IMG/VR virus record: IMGVR_UViG_3300048855_000175 | Coordinates: 1 to 49,575 of that record | Strand: one strand, 5' to 3' | Length of the DNA stretch: 49,575 bases | Origin: a virus | Lineage: Duplodnaviria; Caudoviricetes | Shown here: piece after piece, positions 26,376 through 35,113 of the stretch | Layout: each line of letters opens with the position of its first letter | Position numbering within the stretch: position 1 is the stretch's first letter | Position numbers and translations under genes: made by a program | The notes under the pieces: generated by a model | Database searches by the model: none | Told to the model about the DNA's origin: nothing | What the model saw: the letters and a program-made list of their open reading frames with translations, nothing else

Positions 26376-26572
26376 TGCCCGAGGCGCAGATCTACGTCGC
26401 CTATTGGTTTCAGACCAAGGCCAACCGCACCGGCATGGCGGCGACCGTCCTTACCGGCATCTCCGACATCACGACGCGCGCGGAGATAGAGGTCGTGCTC
26501 GCCAAGGTCATGAGCCTCAACGCCTCCTACAAGGAAGCGACGCTCGTCAGCTGGCGTCCTCTGGAAGGCTGA
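26375..26572 (+). CDS. Small hypothetical protein
   Basis: Coupled to the upstream gene. Confidence 0.55.
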   Translation: MPEAQIYVAYWFQTKANRTGMAATVLTGISDITTRAEIEVVLAKVMSLNASYKEATLVSWRPLEG

Positions 26573-26578
26573 TCTCCC

Positions 26579-27256
26579 ATGCGCTCGGCATCCCCGGCGA
26601 TCGTCACGGCGATCGGCGAACTCGTCTGCGTTGCCCGCGACTTCATCTGGATGGAGCCTCGGCACCGGGTTACCGGCGACCGCGAGGGCTTCGGCTTCTG
26701 GTCGGACGTCGGCAACGTCTCGGCGCAGGTGGTGAGCGGGGCGACCTACCAGCTCGTCACGCGCCTCTACGTCGGCGCCGGCACGTTGATCGCGGTCGAG
26801 GGCATTCCGCTCGTCAACGACATCTCGGTGCGGAACACCGAGGCGCAGGTCAGCCAGGTCGCCGACGAGGTGATGATCGCGCTTCGCGAATACGATCCGG
26901 ATCAGGCGCCGATCGAGATCCACCGCGGCTGGTTCGACCCGCTGACCCGCAACCTCGTCGCGCCACCCGAGCCGCTGTTCGTCGGCTTCATTGACCATGT
27001 CGACATTCCGACGCCGCCGGAGGGCCAGAGCGGCGCGGTGAAGCTGTCGCTCGCCAACCACACGCGCGAGCTCACCCGGACGAACACCGAGAAGCGGTCC
27101 GACGAGAGCCAGAAGCTCCGGAGCGGCGACCGCTTCTACCAGCACACGAGCACGGTCGGTGAGTGGGAAATCTTCTGGGGTTCCGAGAACGGGAAGATGA
27201 GCGAGCAGGGCGGTGGCGGCAAATCGTCGGGTGGCAAAGGGAGCGTCTTCGGATGA
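26579..27256 (+). CDS. Minor tail/baseplate hub protein
   Basis: FVGFID...RSDESQKLR.GDRF...WG; synteny. Confidence 0.7.
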   Translation: MRSASPAIVTAIGELVCVARDFIWMEPRHRVTGDREGFGFWSDVGNVSAQVVSGATYQLVTRLYVGAGTLIAVEGIPLVNDISVRNTEAQVSQVADEVMIALREYDPDQAPIEIHRGWFDPLTRNLVAPPEPLFVGFIDHVDIPTPPEGQSGAVKLSLANHTRELTRTNTEKRSDESQKLRSGDRFYQHTSTVGEWEIFWGSENGKMSEQGGGGKSSGGKGSVFG

Positions 27257-27681
27257 CGGCACCCGCTCCGCTCGCCCGGCGCTATGATTGGCGCAGCCGC
27301 CTCGCCGCCTACATCACCCAGGCGACACGCGAGCCGTTCGACTGGGGAACGCACGACTGCGCGCTGCACGCCGCCAACGCGGTCCTCGCCATGACCGGCG
27401 TCGATCTCGCAGCCGAGTTCCGCGGCGCCTATTCGACCCCCGAGGGCGCCTACAAGGCGCTGCGCAAGCTCGACCTTGACGACGTCGCCGGCCTTGCCGC
27501 CTCGCGCCTGCCGGAAATTCCGCCCGCGCTCGCCAGCGCCGGGGATATCGCCGTCGTCCTCGTCGAGAACGAGCCGGCGCTCGGCGTCGTCATCGGCGAG
27601 CGCATCTCCGTGATCCGTCCCGGCGAGCACGGTGGCGGCACCGTCGCCCTTACCGATGCCGTCCGAGCCTTCAGGGTCTAG
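27253..27681 (+). CDS. NlpC/P60-like tail assembly protein (DUF6950-like)
   Basis: DWRSRL...PFDWGTHDCAL...GDIA. Confidence 0.75.
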   Translation: MTAPAPLARRYDWRSRLAAYITQATREPFDWGTHDCALHAANAVLAMTGVDLAAEFRGAYSTPEGAYKALRKLDLDDVAGLAASRLPEIPPALASAGDIAVVLVENEPALGVVIGERISVIRPGEHGGGTVALTDAVRAFRV

Positions 27682-27684
27682 CGC

Positions 27685-30600
27685 ATGCCTCCAGTCGTAG
27701 GCGCCATCGGCGCCATCGCCGGTGCGATCGGCACAGCGGCCAGCGCCATCTCGGCCTTCGTCGGGGGCCTCGGCTTCATCGGCCAGATGCTCCTCGGGGT
27801 GGGCCTCAGCCTCGTCCAGCAGCTGCTTCTCGGCGGCCAGCAGAAGCCGTCGCCCGTCGGCATCAAGGGACGGCTCCAGACGAGCGGCGTGGTGCCGCGC
27901 TCGTTCCCCATCGGCCCGACGATGACGGCCGGCTCGCTGGCCTATGTCGGGACCTGGGGCGGGGAGCGGAAGGTCCCGAACGCCTACATCTCCTTCGTCA
28001 TCCCGCTTTCGGACCTTCCCGTCGGGACGCTCACCGGCGTCGCCCGCATGTGGGTCAACGACGAGCTCGTCACCATCGACTGGGCCGGCGGCGCGACCTA
28101 CCGCGGGTATCGGATCGAGGAATACGACAAGGGCACCGACGAATATCTCTACGTGCGCTTCTACGACGGCTCGCAAACCACGGCCGATGCGATGCTGGTC
28201 GCCGAGTTCGGGGATCATCCGACGCGGCCATGGACGTCGAACCACATTGGTCGCGGCATCGCCTATGCCATCGTCACCGCCCGCGCATCGCAGGTCGGGG
28301 ACGAGGAGCAGATCTGGAGCGGCTTCCCCAAGTTCAAGTTCGAGATCCCCGGCATCAAGCTCTACAACCCGCGGGCGGATTCGAGCATCGGCGGTTCGGG
28401 CTCGCAGCGCTGGAACAACCGGGCGACCTGGGCGGCCTCCGACAACTTCGCCGTCCAGATCTACAACATCCTCCGCGGCATCAGCTACGAGGGCACCTGG
28501 GTCTATGGCTTGCAGTCGATGGTCGCCGCCCGGCTGCCGACGGCGAGCTGGTTCGCCGCGATCAACGAATGTGACCGGAGCGTTGCCAAGAAGGGCGGCG
28601 GCACGGAGAAGCAATATCGCGGCGGGATCGAGGTGGGCGTCAACGTCGAGCCGGCCGATGTCATTCAGTCGGCGCTCCTCCCCGGCTGCAGCGGTCGCCT
28701 CGCCGAGGTCGGCGGCGTCTACAAGCTGAGCGTCGGCGCCGCCGGTTCTCCGGTCTTCGTCTTCGACGACGACGACATCGTCTCGACCGAGGCGCAGAGC
28801 TTCATGCCGATCCTGTCGCTCGACGAGAAGGCGAACGGCATCGCGGCGAAGTATCCCGAGCCTGCCGAGGCATGGCAGATGAAAGATGCGCCGCCGCGCT
28901 ACAATCCCGGCTTCGAGGCCATCGACGGCGCGCGGCGCCTGATGGCCGAGTTCAGCTACGATGCGGTGCCCTACAAGACGCAGGTGCAGCGCCTGATGGA
29001 TTCTGCGCTGAAGGAGGCGCGGCGGGCACGACGGCACTCCGTACCAATGGGACCGGCGGCCTCGCTCCTTGAGCCGAACGACATCGTCTCCTGGTCGAGC
29101 ACGCGCAACGGCTATGAGACGAAAGCCTTCCGCGTCGACGGCGTGATGCTCATGCCGAACCTCAACGTCGGGCTGGAGCTGACCGAGGTCGATCCGGCCG
29201 ACTACGACTGGAACCCGGAGACCGACGAGCGCGAGACCAGCGACGGGCCGATCTACGTCGAGCGCCCACCGCCGTTGCCAATCATCGACTGGTCGGTGGA
29301 GCCGTACGTGCTCGTCGGCTCCAGCGGCAGCGAGCGCCCGGCGATCCGGCTGAACTGGGACGGCGATGTCGACGCGGTTGTCGGCGTGCAGTTCCAGGTT
29401 CGCCTCGAGGAGACCGCGGCAGTCATCCACCAGGGGCAGACGCCCGACGTCCGTGCCGGTGCGATCGTCCTCTCGCAGGGCGTCGTCAAGAACACCGACT
29501 ATGAGGCCCGGGGCAAATACCGATCGTCGAACCCGAACATCACTCACCCGTGGTCGGACTGGCTCCCGGTCACGTCCCCGGACACGTACATCCGGACGGG
29601 CGATATCCTCGCCGAAGCGATCACGGCTGAGAAGATCGCCGACGCCGCAATCGAGGCCAGCCACCTGATGGACGGCGCGGTGACGTCGCTGGCGCTGGCT
29701 GCCGAGGCGGTGACGGCCGCCGCGTTGGCGGTCGGGTCGGTCACGGGACCGGCTATCGCCTCCGAGGCGGTCACGGCCGGGAAGATCGCCGCCGGTGCCG
29801 TCACCGCTGTCGCCATCGCGGCGAGCACCATCACCGGCGACAAGATCGCCGGCAACACGATCACCGGCGACAAGATCGTTGCCAACACCATCACGGCGAA
29901 GAACCTCGTTCTCACCGACTTCAACAACCTGATCCCGGACGGCGACTTCAACCAGGGTGCCGTCGCCGACCTGTGGAGCTTCTCCGTCGGTCCGTTCGCC
30001 GCCGACGACACCGCCGGCTACTACTATTGGGCGACGGCCGCGGCGCACATCGAGACGGGCTCCCGGGCGATCATCTTCGACCAGAAGGTCGCTGGCGCCG
30101 CCTCGCTCTACATGACGACGAAGGACCTCTATCCCTGCTCGGCCGGCGACACGCTCGCAGCCGAGGCGGCGGTGAGGTCCGGCAGCGGCACGTCGGCGAC
30201 CGGCTTCTACTTCCGCTTCTTCTGGTTCGACAATCTGGGCGTAGCCATCACGCCGTCCTACACCGACGCCAGCGGCATGACGAACGTCGGGATCACCTCG
30301 GTCTACGAGGCGAAGCGCGGCACCGTCACCGTCCCGGCGGGTGCCTCGTTCTTCAGGGTCAGGATCTACCACAACAACACGTCGACGACGCGCTACATGG
30401 TCCTCGACCGGGTCTATGTCCGGAAGGCCTATGGCGCCGAGCTGATCGTCGATGGCTCCATCGTCGCCGGCAAGATCGGCGCGAACGCGGTCACGACAAG
30501 CACCATCGCCGCCGACGCGGTCACCGCCGCCAAGATCGCGGTCAACAGCATCGTCGCCGACAACATCGTCACGAACTCGATCACGGCGGTGAAGATCAAC

Positions 30601-30999
30601 GGACTGGCGGTGACGACGCCCAAGATCGCCGACGCCGCGGTGACCGACAGCGACAGCGCCTACACCTCGGGCAGCTTCATCGAGTTCAACAGCGTCAACG
30701 ACGTCCAGGACGTCACCGTCGTCGTCGCATCGGGGCAGAAGGTTCTCATCTGGGGCTGCTGCCAAGTCGCCAAGAACGGCGCCGGCGCCGATGACGAACT
30801 CGGCGTGCGACTGAGGAGGAGCTCGACCAATGTTGGCCCCTACGTCGGCGTGCCCCTCAACTCGCTGAGGACGACGGCATCGATCTGCTACGCCGACACG
30901 CCGGGCGCCGGCACCTTCACCTATTACCTCCGGGTGAACAGCGCGGGCGGCTTCAACGTCAGCCAGCGCATGCTCATCGCCCTCGTGACCAAGAAATAG
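27685..30999 (+). CDS. Central tail fibre / host specificity protein (gpJ-like)
   Basis: 1104 aa; GIAYAIV, GIKLYNPR; AVTAxKI repeats flanking a CBM-like domain. Confidence 0.85.
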   Translation: MPPVVGAIGAIAGAIGTAASAISAFVGGLGFIGQMLLGVGLSLVQQLLLGGQQKPSPVGIKGRLQTSGVVPRSFPIGPTMTAGSLAYVGTWGGERKVPNAYISFVIPLSDLPVGTLTGVARMWVNDELVTIDWAGGATYRGYRIEEYDKGTDEYLYVRFYDGSQTTADAMLVAEFGDHPTRPWTSNHIGRGIAYAIVTARASQVGDEEQIWSGFPKFKFEIPGIKLYNPRADSSIGGSGSQRWNNRATWAASDNFAVQIYNILRGISYEGTWVYGLQSMVAARLPTASWFAAINECDRSVAKKGGGTEKQYRGGIEVGVNVEPADVIQSALLPGCSGRLAEVGGVYKLSVGAAGSPVFVFDDDDIVSTEAQSFMPILSLDEKANGIAAKYPEPAEAWQMKDAPPRYNPGFEAIDGARRLMAEFSYDAVPYKTQVQRLMDSALKEARRARRHSVPMGPAASLLEPNDIVSWSSTRNGYETKAFRVDGVMLMPNLNVGLELTEVDPADYDWNPETDERETSDGPIYVERPPPLPIIDWSVEPYVLVGSSGSERPAIRLNWDGDVDAVVGVQFQVRLEETAAVIHQGQTPDVRAGAIVLSQGVVKNTDYEARGKYRSSNPNITHPWSDWLPVTSPDTYIRTGDILAEAITAEKIADAAIEASHLMDGAVTSLALAAEAVTAAALAVGSVTGPAIASEAVTAGKIAAGAVTAVAIAASTITGDKIAGNTITGDKIVANTITAKNLVLTDFNNLIPDGDFNQGAVADLWSFSVGPFAADDTAGYYYWATAAAHIETGSRAIIFDQKVAGAASLYMTTKDLYPCSAGDTLAAEAAVRSGSGTSATGFYFRFFWFDNLGVAITPSYTDASGMTNVGITSVYEAKRGTVTVPAGASFFRVRIYHNNTSTTRYMVLDRVYVRKAYGAELIVDGSIVAGKIGANAVTTSTIAADAVTAAKIAVNSIVADNIVTNSITAVKINGLAVTTPKIADAAVTDSDSAYTSGSFIEFNSVNDVQDVTVVVASGQKVLIWGCCQVAKNGAGADDELGVRLRRSSTNVGPYVGVPLNSLRTTASICYADTPGAGTFTYYLRVNSAGGFNVSQRMLIALVTKK

Positions 31000-31005
31000 G
31001 AGGCG

Positions 31006-31467
31006 ATGATGGACGATGCGGATGAGGCCCTTGACGAGATCAGCAACCCGACCGTCACCTATGTCGTGTTCGATGCGGCGACCGGGCAGATCCTTCAGAC
31101 CAAGAACGGCTCCCTTCGGACCTACGGTGTCGGGCGGCGTGCCGGAACCGACCGGCTGATCATACCGGAGGGCGTGCTGGACGCGGGCTACGACCAGACG
31201 CACTACGTCGACATCGCGGAGCGGGCCATGCTGGAGCGGCCGGTCATCTCGGTCCTTTCCACCGAGCTGACGGCCGACGGCATCGACGAGCTGAGTTTCG
31301 CCGTGCCGGCCGAAACCGCCGTGCGCGTCGAAGGCGTCGACTATGGCGTCGTCGACGACGGCGCCTTCGTGTTCGCGGCCACCATGCCGGCGGCCTATGC
31401 GATCGAGCTCCTCCCGCCGTTCCCCTGCTGCCCGCTCAGCGTCGTGGTGACCGCCAATGCGCCTTGA
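31006..31467 (+). CDS. Tail-associated hypothetical protein
   Basis: AGGAGG RBS; synteny. Confidence 0.7.
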   Translation: MMDDADEALDEISNPTVTYVVFDAATGQILQTKNGSLRTYGVGRRAGTDRLIIPEGVLDAGYDQTHYVDIAERAMLERPVISVLSTELTADGIDELSFAVPAETAVRVEGVDYGVVDDGAFVFAATMPAAYAIELLPPFPCCPLSVVVTANAP

Positions 31468-31846
31468 GCTTGTCCGGGACCTTGTCCCGCTGCGCGCTGC
31501 TGCCAAAGACCGGGTCGATGCCGCCGCGGAGGTCTATCGGCTCAACTTCATCACCGCCGGCGCCGGCCAATCGATGGCCTACCAGGAGAAGTACGAGGAG
31601 GCGCTTGCCTTCCTCGCCAACCCGGCGATCGACGAGGACGAGATTCCGCACATCGTCGCCGAGGTCGGCATTACCGGGCCGGACAAGCAGGCCGTCGCGG
31701 CAGTCGTCATCGGCATGCGGGAGATGTGGAAAGGCCTGTCCGCTGGCATCGAGCATGCACGGCTGTCGGCCAAGGCCGCGATCGACGTTGCAGCGACCCC
31801 GGCGGAGATCGACGCGGCCGCGGAAGTGCAGTGGCCCGGACCCTAA
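31457..31846 (+). CDS. Tail fibre assembly-like protein
   Basis: RVDAAAE...GQSMAYQEKYEEA...AKAAID. Confidence 0.7.
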   Translation: MRLELVRDLVPLRAAAKDRVDAAAEVYRLNFITAGAGQSMAYQEKYEEALAFLANPAIDEDEIPHIVAEVGITGPDKQAVAAVVIGMREMWKGLSAGIEHARLSAKAAIDVAATPAEIDAAAEVQWPGP

Positions 31847-31860
31847 CTGGAGGACGCACA

Positions 31861-32143
31861 ATGGAACCCATCCTGAAGGCCATCGAGCAGCTCAAGGCCG
31901 ACGTCCAGAACGCCATCACGCTGGCCGTGTCGGGCATCCGCAACGACCTCGAAGAACATCGAGGCGCGTGTTGCGACGGCGGTCGAGAATGCCTCGGCCG
32001 CGGCAGAGGCGCGGCTGGTGTCAGCTATCCCCAAGCTGCCCGACATGGACGAGGTCACCGCGCCAATGCGCAAGGCGATTATCGGCGTCTATGTCCTGCA
32101 GGGCATTACGCTCGCCGGGCTCGGCTATCTGCTCTTGGGCTAA
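31861..32143 (+). pseudogene. Frameshifted coiled-coil plus C-terminal TM gene
   Basis: Removing one base near 31951 joins MEPILKAIEQ...NDL to KNIEARV...IIGVYVLQGITLAGLGYLLLG*. Confidence 0.6.
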
Positions 32144-32311
32144 GACGGTTGCAATCTCGAGTGAGCCGCCAGCCGGAAACAGCCAGAGCGTCAGGACTAC
32201 CGTAAGCCCCGTAGCGATGACGGAAGCGCCCAGCATTCGTTTGGCTGTTCGTCCAGGACCGCCGGCGAAGAGCCTGGTCCGGTACCTTTGCTCGTCAGGG
32301 AGAAGGGTCAT
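32021..32311 (-). CDS. Possible small membrane protein
   Basis: GGAGG RBS and a TM segment; 3' end overlaps the opposite gene, so the end is doubtful. Confidence 0.35.
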   Translation of the reverse strand: MTLLPDEQRYRTRLFAGGPGRTAKRMLGASVIATGLTVVLTLWLFPAGGSLEIATVLAQEQIAEPGERNALQDIDADNRLAHWRGDLVHVGQLGDS

Positions 32312-32511
32312 GCTGGCCTCCGGTTTCAGGAGAGCACGACCAGAAGATCTTAGAGCCGTCTAATGTTAAATCGCTGTGAAGAAAAAGAAGCAGTCGGAAA
32401 CTGCTTTTTGTTAGCCCTCCCGTGTAGAAGTGTCATTAAGACGGACTGGTATTTTTTCCTCTAGACATATAACTAGAGCTTAGTCTCATTCACATTTCTA
32501 CCGGCTGCCGC

Positions 32512-33297
32512 ATGAAACACGTGTGCGCTCCCGCCCATAGTCGGGAGCGCATCATGATATATTCGGCAGCACACCCTTATTTGCTCGTCAATAAGATCGC
32601 GACCATCATCGACCTGACGGATCTGGAACGCGGGGCTCTGAGTCTGCTTCCCACGTACATCACCAATGTTCGGGCCGACCAGGATATCGTCAGGCAGGGC
32701 GATAGGCCGACGCGCTCGTGTGTTGTTCTCGAAGGTTTGGCGTGCACGTCGAGCGTGACCTCCCAAGGGCGGAGGCAGATTTCGGCTTTTCACGTGCGGG
32801 GCGACATACCCGACCTGCAGAGCCTTCATTTGAGTGCTCTCGATTTCTCGATATCAACGATGACCCCATGCGTCCTGGGTTTCATGCCGCACGAGGGCCT
32901 GCGCATTCTATGCGAGAATCACCCCCGTCTGGGCGGGGTGCTCTGGCGGGAAACATTGATCTACGCGGCGATCTTCCGCGAGTGGCTGGTCAACGTCGGC
33001 CAACGCGAGGCCTTCAGCCGGACGGCGCACCTGCTCTGTGAGACCATCGTGCGGATGCAGGCCGTAGGGTTAGCGGACGGATACAGCTGCAGCTTTCCCG
33101 TGACGCAAACGGAACTCGCCGACGCCACAGGCATGACTTCAGTTCATGTTAATCGGGTCCTGCAGCAGCTCAGGAAGGCCGGGCTGATCAACTGGAAGGG
33201 CGCCGATCTCGAAGTGCTGGACTGGCCGGGCTTGAGGCAGGCGGCGGGATTTGACCAGACGTATCTCCACCTGGGGCCGATGAAACTTGCAGCTTGA
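32512..33297 (+). CDS. Crp/Fnr-family regulator (start may be 32554)
   Basis: cNMP-binding fold (GRRQISAFHVRGDIPDL); TQTELADATGMTSVHVNRVLQQLR HTH. Confidence 0.92.
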   Translation: MKHVCAPAHSRERIMIYSAAHPYLLVNKIATIIDLTDLERGALSLLPTYITNVRADQDIVRQGDRPTRSCVVLEGLACTSSVTSQGRRQISAFHVRGDIPDLQSLHLSALDFSISTMTPCVLGFMPHEGLRILCENHPRLGGVLWRETLIYAAIFREWLVNVGQREAFSRTAHLLCETIVRMQAVGLADGYSCSFPVTQTELADATGMTSVHVNRVLQQLRKAGLINWKGADLEVLDWPGLRQAAGFDQTYLHLGPMKLAA

Positions 33298-33352
33298 GGG
33301 ACCCAATCGCGTCTGGACGAGTTGGACGAGCGGGGCCCTAAAGGCGGACGGC

Positions 33353-33607
33353 ATGCCTCGCTATTTCTTCGACATCGATGATGGGGTTGACCCGTTGCCG
33401 GATGAGGATGGGACAGAACTCCCCAATCCTGTCGCCGCCTACGAAGCTGCCGTTCAGCTTTTGTCGGACATGGCGGGGTGCCATTTCCGGGCGTCTCCAA
33501 ATAGTCTGACAGCCATTGTCCGCAACGAGGCAGGCGAGCCCGTCTCCACGGTGACACTCTGTCTCTTGGCTAACCCTCCACAGTGCCCGACGCTGCGCTT
33601 GGTATGA
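33353..33607 (+). CDS. DUF6894-like protein
   Basis: MPRYFFDIDDG...DEDGTEL...VRNEAG. Confidence 0.75.
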   Translation: MPRYFFDIDDGVDPLPDEDGTELPNPVAAYEAAVQLLSDMAGCHFRASPNSLTAIVRNEAGEPVSTVTLCLLANPPQCPTLRLV

Positions 33608-33663
33608 TTGCCAGTTGAACGTCGACCGGTCACAAACGCGTTGCGGCTACCTCCATCGGCAGC

Positions 33664-33801
33664 TCAGTGAGCCGTAACAAGGACGGTAGCGATCGCCAGC
33701 GAGATCCCGAACACGGCATAAGCGAAGGCCGAGGCGTCGCTACTGTGGTTCTTCCGAAGCCAGCGGAACCGTACTTGTAGGCAAAGGCCGTGAGGTCGCA
33801 A
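33664..33801 (-). CDS. 45-aa TM peptide, Flp-pilin-like
   Basis: AGGAG plus TTG start; RWLRKNHSSDASAFAYAVFGISLAIATVLV. Confidence 0.35.
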   Translation of the reverse strand: MRPHGLCLQVRFRWLRKNHSSDASAFAYAVFGISLAIATVLVTAH

Positions 33802-33939
33802 ATCAACTCCTTCCGCGCAGAGTGGGCTACTGCCGGCTCGCGTTCCGGAATTGACTTAAGTTTACTTCAAGCCGGCTGGCGTCGTTTCGTTCCTGCCCCT
33901 CGGCATTTCGCCTGAAACGCTACCCCGACCGACTCCTCA

Positions 33940-33959
33940 GCCGCCTCCGGGCGGCTTTT
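33940..33959 (+). repeat. Hairpin/T-tract, copy 1
   Basis: GCCGCCTCCGGGCGGCTTTT, identical at 34794. Confidence 0.7.
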
Positions 33960-33978
33960 CCACGTCTGGAGCATCATC

Positions 33979-34050
33979 ATGCACATTGCGACCTCCAGCG
34001 ACGCCTATCGCTCTGGGCTTTGACCTCGGACCTATCGATAACATCAACAT
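33979..34050 (+). pseudogene. Relic of a peptidoglycan-binding domain (former endolysin start)
   Basis: With two indels reads MHI.DLQRRL.ALGFDLGPIDNI. Confidence 0.45.
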
Positions 34051-34181
34051 TCTCCATAAGTTGAAGCGGACTTTTAACCCGCTAGTCACCGGGATACCGT
34101 TGCATTCTCTGGTACCGTTGCTCTCGCGCACCAATCATCCTAGGTAGCACATGATGCGAGAGCCTAAGTACTTTTAGGGAG

Positions 34182-34454
34182 ATGATTGTGGCGAGCGAGC
34201 GCCCCGAACAGGCTACTGAAAGTGATGAGGTAGCAGCGAGGGTGATTTCACTCTGCCAGGGCGCAGGCATCGTGTTCGAAGTTCGGAACGGCGAACTGAC
34301 GATATCGTTTGACCGCGTGAATTGGCTTCTTTGGCCCGAAGTTAAGCTGGCGCTCGAAGCCATAGGCGGCGAGAAGCTTGTCTCTCACCTCAGGACGCAT
34401 TCCGCTTTTCCGCTGCCTGCCAAGGCCACGTGGAAAATGACGGGACGCGGCTGA
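34182..34454 (+). CDS. Hypothetical protein (moron)
   Basis: 90 aa ORF with purine-rich RBS region. Confidence 0.55.
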   Translation: MIVASERPEQATESDEVAARVISLCQGAGIVFEVRNGELTISFDRVNWLLWPEVKLALEAIGGEKLVSHLRTHSAFPLPAKATWKMTGRG

Positions 34455-34793
34455 TCTGCGGCCAGTTGAACAGATCTGCAATAGGGACGGACTCGCGCGG
34501 CCACCGCGCCGCTGCGCAAAGACGTCATCGCCCTCTTCGTCCGGCAGGGCACCACGTTCGCCGAGCTGGGCAATCTCATCCTGCCGTGGTCCCGGCTAGC
34601 TGAAGACGACGAGCAGGACAACCGCCGCCGACAGGGCGAGCGAGAAACCAAGGATAATCGGACCTTCGCCCATCCGCCGCCTCCACGGGCGCGTGAGCGA
34701 CCGAAGCGGGTCGTCGCGTCTGAACACGAACAGCTCCTCTTGCTATTCGACCGTCGGACGTCACGCCGCTCCTGTCAAATCTGACGATCCCTC

Positions 34794-34814
34794 GCCGCCT
34801 CCGGGCGGCTTTTT
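34794..34814 (+). repeat. Hairpin/T-tract, copy 2 (terminator-like)
   Basis: GCCGCCTCCGGGCGGCTTTTT before the GGAG RBS of the gene at 34832. Confidence 0.7.
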
Positions 34815-34831
34815 CATGCCTGGAGACCACC

Positions 34832-35113
34832 ATGGCCTACGATTCCACCAAGGACGCCACCTTCGGCCATTCGACAGGGGTGAGCGGCCCCGCCCGACAG
34901 CTCCGCGCCGTCACGCCGCACGACACGAACGATCTGGCACTCTATGCCCGGTCGCTGTACGTGGGCGGCGCGGGTGACCTGAGGGTAATCGCCGTCGGTG
35001 ACGCCGATGATGCGCCTCAGACCCTCGTCGGCTTCTCCGGTCTCCTGCCGGTTCAGGTCCGCCGCGTGCTCGCCACCGGCACGACAGCGACCGCCATCGT
35101 GGCGCTCATCTGA
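34832..35113 (+). CDS. Head spike base protein (RcGTA Rcc01079-like)
   Basis: GPA...AVTPHDTNDL...RSLYVGGAGDL...PVQVRRVLATGTTATAIVAL. Confidence 0.85.
   Translation: MAYDSTKDATFGHSTGVSGPARQLRAVTPHDTNDLALYARSLYVGGAGDLRVIAVGDADDAPQTLVGFSGLLPVQVRRVLATGTTATAIVALI

Noticed and set aside
27136-31506. 1456-aa minus-strand ORF and similar long antisense ORFs (14095-15756, 18754-20514, 7374-8582)
   Set aside because: Shadow ORFs of high-GC genes on the opposite strand, with no recognisable motifs
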